From Lobosporangium transversale (Eukaryota): 64,000 nucleotides of DNA. Positions 61,553 through 64,000 of the stretch are shown piece after piece. Position 1 is the first letter of the stretch; each line of letters starts with the position of its first letter. Made by a program: the position numbers and the translations under genes. The DNA lies in contig NW_019028980.1 in assembly GCF_002105155.1 (NCBI RefSeq), forward strand, positions 682,001 to 746,000. Direction: 5' to 3'. Under the pieces are notes generated by a model. It was not told the origin of the DNA, ran no database searches, and worked only from the letters and a program-made list of their open reading frames with translations.

Positions 61553-62740
61553 ATGCGTATCACATCAATCCTGGCGCCTGCTCTGCTAGCCGTCTTTACC
61601 TTTGTACCCTCTGCTACCACTGTTTCCGCTTCAAATACCTCTTCCAACTCTCTCGATATAGGCCTAAATGTCACTCTTGGAGCAGCACCTTCCAATAATA
61701 AAATCTACCATTGGGAAATCAAGCACTTCCCTAAATCCATCGCAGGTCTCGACACCCCTTTTCATTTGACAAAAAAGATGCGACCAGGCAGGAACCCATT
61801 TGATATCGCTCGCGACCCCACTAGCAAGAAGCGCGACAGTCGTGTCTTGCGATCCCTCTATCCTGCTAATTCTTTTGCTCGCTCAGGACATCCACATGCC
61901 GAGTTTACTTCCACGCCTCTCCCTCAGGAAGCCTTTTCAGGCCCTGTCAGTCGCTTTATCCGTCTCGAATATCAAATGTATTTTCAACCTGGTTTCCAAT
62001 GGGTCAAGGGCGGGAAATTGCCTGGCATTCTGATCGGGACCGAGAAGGGCTGTAATGCTGCTTGCTCTGGAGGTGGAACCGCTGAACGCTGCTTCTCAAC
62101 TCGTATGATGTGGCGTGCACATGGTAGTGGCGAGCTCTATCTCTATGCTGCCAAATCTCTTTATTTCCCAAAAGAGAAACCAGAAAAATGTAGTCGCAGC
62201 TTGGACAAAAGATCGCCTGAAGCCTTGTTCCAGCTTGAGCAGCGACAGATCAAAGCTGTTCACATCCCTGAGGATGATGAATGGGATGAAGCCTCATATT
62301 TTAGTGAGGCAGGCCTGCATAAGCGTGCACTTGATAACTCGTGCCTGAATGGGATCAATGTCAGGATCACCCCTGGCTCTCGCAATATGTGTAACCCGAC
62401 CTATGGAATTTCAGTTGGTCGTGGCGGCGACTTTAAGTTCAGGGCTGGTACCTGGCATAATATTACCCAGATCGTTCGCGTCAACTCCAAGGGCAAGGCC
62501 GTGAAGGACGGTTACCTGGCTGTCTACTTGGACCGCAAACCCGTTGTTCAAATCAATAATCTAGTCCTTCTCAAGAATGGTTACGATCCTAAAAAGACCG
62601 TCGGTGAAGACCGTCTAGTCAAGTTTATGTTTTCATCCTTCTTCGGTGGCGCTGACGCGAGTTACCGGACTCGTAAGGCTCAATGGATTGCCTGGAAAGG
62701 ATTCAAGATGACCACCAGTGTCAAGAACATTTGGCACTAG
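61553..62740 (+). CDS. Secreted polysaccharide lyase family 14 (alginate/glucuronan lyase-like)
   Basis: Signal peptide MRITSILAPALLAVFTF; WVKGGKLPG, CSGG...CFSTRMMWR..G.GELYLY, CNPTYGISVGRG, FSSFFGG. Confidence 0.9.
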   Translation: MRITSILAPALLAVFTFVPSATTVSASNTSSNSLDIGLNVTLGAAPSNNKIYHWEIKHFPKSIAGLDTPFHLTKKMRPGRNPFDIARDPTSKKRDSRVLRSLYPANSFARSGHPHAEFTSTPLPQEAFSGPVSRFIRLEYQMYFQPGFQWVKGGKLPGILIGTEKGCNAACSGGGTAERCFSTRMMWRAHGSGELYLYAAKSLYFPKEKPEKCSRSLDKRSPEALFQLEQRQIKAVHIPEDDEWDEASYFSEAGLHKRALDNSCLNGINVRITPGSRNMCNPTYGISVGRGGDFKFRAGTWHNITQIVRVNSKGKAVKDGYLAVYLDRKPVVQINNLVLLKNGYDPKKTVGEDRLVKFMFSSFFGGADASYRTRKAQWIAWKGFKMTTSVKNIWH

Positions 62741-63036
62741 AGATCACATCGATTGCAGCATTTTTTTTTTTCAACTCATTTTCCTTATGTAACTTATTGT
62801 CAATTCATTTTTATATACCATGTATACTTGCCGCATTAGTTTTTTATATTATCGCGTAGATGTTTTTGTACATTCACCATTACATACATTACACACATTA
62901 CATACATTCCATAAGAGAATAATAGCGTTGATCGCTTTGACTCTTTCTATCCAATAAAAATGTACTTTATAACTCATATACACGCTCTGTCTTTCGTTCT
63001 GAATGTGAGACATGGGGCCCTCTATCTTCAAAGCTC

Positions 63037-64000
63037 CTAATGGTGAATATAAAAATCACTACCAACTCCCAGCGACGCGACTCTGCCAGGCATGGCCTGC
63101 TCCAGTGCAGCCTTTGCTCTCCATCCGGAGCAATGACCTGGAGCCATAAATGATGGATCGATCTTTAACATATCATCAATTGTTTCTAATAAAAAAAAAA
63201 AAAAAAAAAAAAAAAAAGATTTAAAGAGCTGCAACTACTGAATTTTCTTTTTCCTTTTCTCATGGTTGGTATTAAATGGACTGACGTACCTTTGATCCTT
63301 GTTTCGACACTGTGTCCAGCAAGGTGGAATCCTCCCACAACGAAAAAGATTTGATTGTCAGCAACGTCGCTGCCTTTGGCACTGTTGGAATTACTATTGT
63401 TGCTGTTTTTTGGATCAAACGCGTGTTTCACGTCCTGACAGACGTTAATCACGCCTGCATGACTACAGCCCGTGAGGACGACAAGACCCTTGGATCTGAC
63501 TCGAGCAACCAAGTATCGCTCATCCATGATCTCAGGTTCCGGTTTCCAAGATTTACTGTCCTGGAACCATCGAACATGATTTGGAATACCGGTTTCATAA
63601 GATGTCTTGCGTGGAATCAGGCCTGAGACGCCGAAAAATCCATCGCAGATCGTATGTGCCTGACTTTTCAGCGAAACCTTTTAAAAAAAAATAGCGTGAG
63701 AAAAAAATAAAAGATAAAAAAAGAGGAGTCAAAACAAAAAAAAATAAATAAATAAAATAAAAAACTTCCATTACCTGTGCACCAGCCTTCTTAAGGCCAT
63801 CAAGAGAAGGATCCGCACCCCAGGCTACATACTGAATAGGCTCCTCTTCTGGCTCATTATGAACCTTTAACGATTTGGTGAGACATGTACCACGTTGATC
63901 TGGTCGATCAGGGTGCAAATCCACGACAACTATAAAAAAAAAAAATAGCGTTTTCATTTCGAAACTCTCTGAGGTTTTTGTTCCAGAAGAAGAACGGGTT
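63037..64000 (-). CDS. Metallo-beta-lactamase-fold protein (3' exons; 5' end outside window)
   Basis: DLHPDRPDQRG, IMDERYL..V..KGLVVLTGCSHAGVIN, VGGFHL and PGHCSGW across spliced exons. Confidence 0.85.

Noticed and set aside
12160..63220. Poly-A/T runs of 20-35 nt, and the poly-Phe/poly-Lys ORFs they create
   Set aside because: A window-wide feature of introns and intergenic DNA. No TSDs were seen except at 16747-16954, so they are not called as retro-insertions or genes.

Overview
Eukaryotic, intron-rich fungal DNA with very long poly-A/T runs. Gene content and intron style suggest an early-diverging fungus, probably Mortierellaceae (inference). About 19 protein-coding genes were reconstructed by hand. 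In order: a single-chain fatty acid synthase with two tandem ACP domains (runs off the left edge), a PUB1/TIA1-like RRM protein, a GILT-like thiol reductase, an MFSD1-like transporter, an RSA3-like gene, RPL35, SEC22, a disordered protein with PP1-docking motifs, PUS4, a COX14-like gene, an RTC3/SBDS-domain gene, a 4-TM protein, VAC8, a class 3 lipase, COX16, a PPX1-like exopolyphosphatase with a signal peptide, G6PD ending in -SKL, a PL14 lyase and a metallo-beta-lactamase-fold gene (runs off the right edge). The most interesting signals are non-coding. (1) At 16416-16634 (-) a tRNA-like Pol III module sits directly upstream of a C/D snoRNA whose guide matches 18S rRNA (yeast Cm1007/snR79 site), followed by a T7 terminator. 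Two retroelement insertions are stacked about 110 bp upstream of it. (2) At about 49430-50263 (-) there is an apparently spliced non-coding locus with a candidate intronic C/D RNA and a 430-nt highly base-paired RNA containing interleaved 19-bp and 14-bp helices, which matches no family I recognise. (3) A 125-nt fold-back hairpin lies at 48351-48477. Exon boundaries were read by eye; no searches or folding programs were run.
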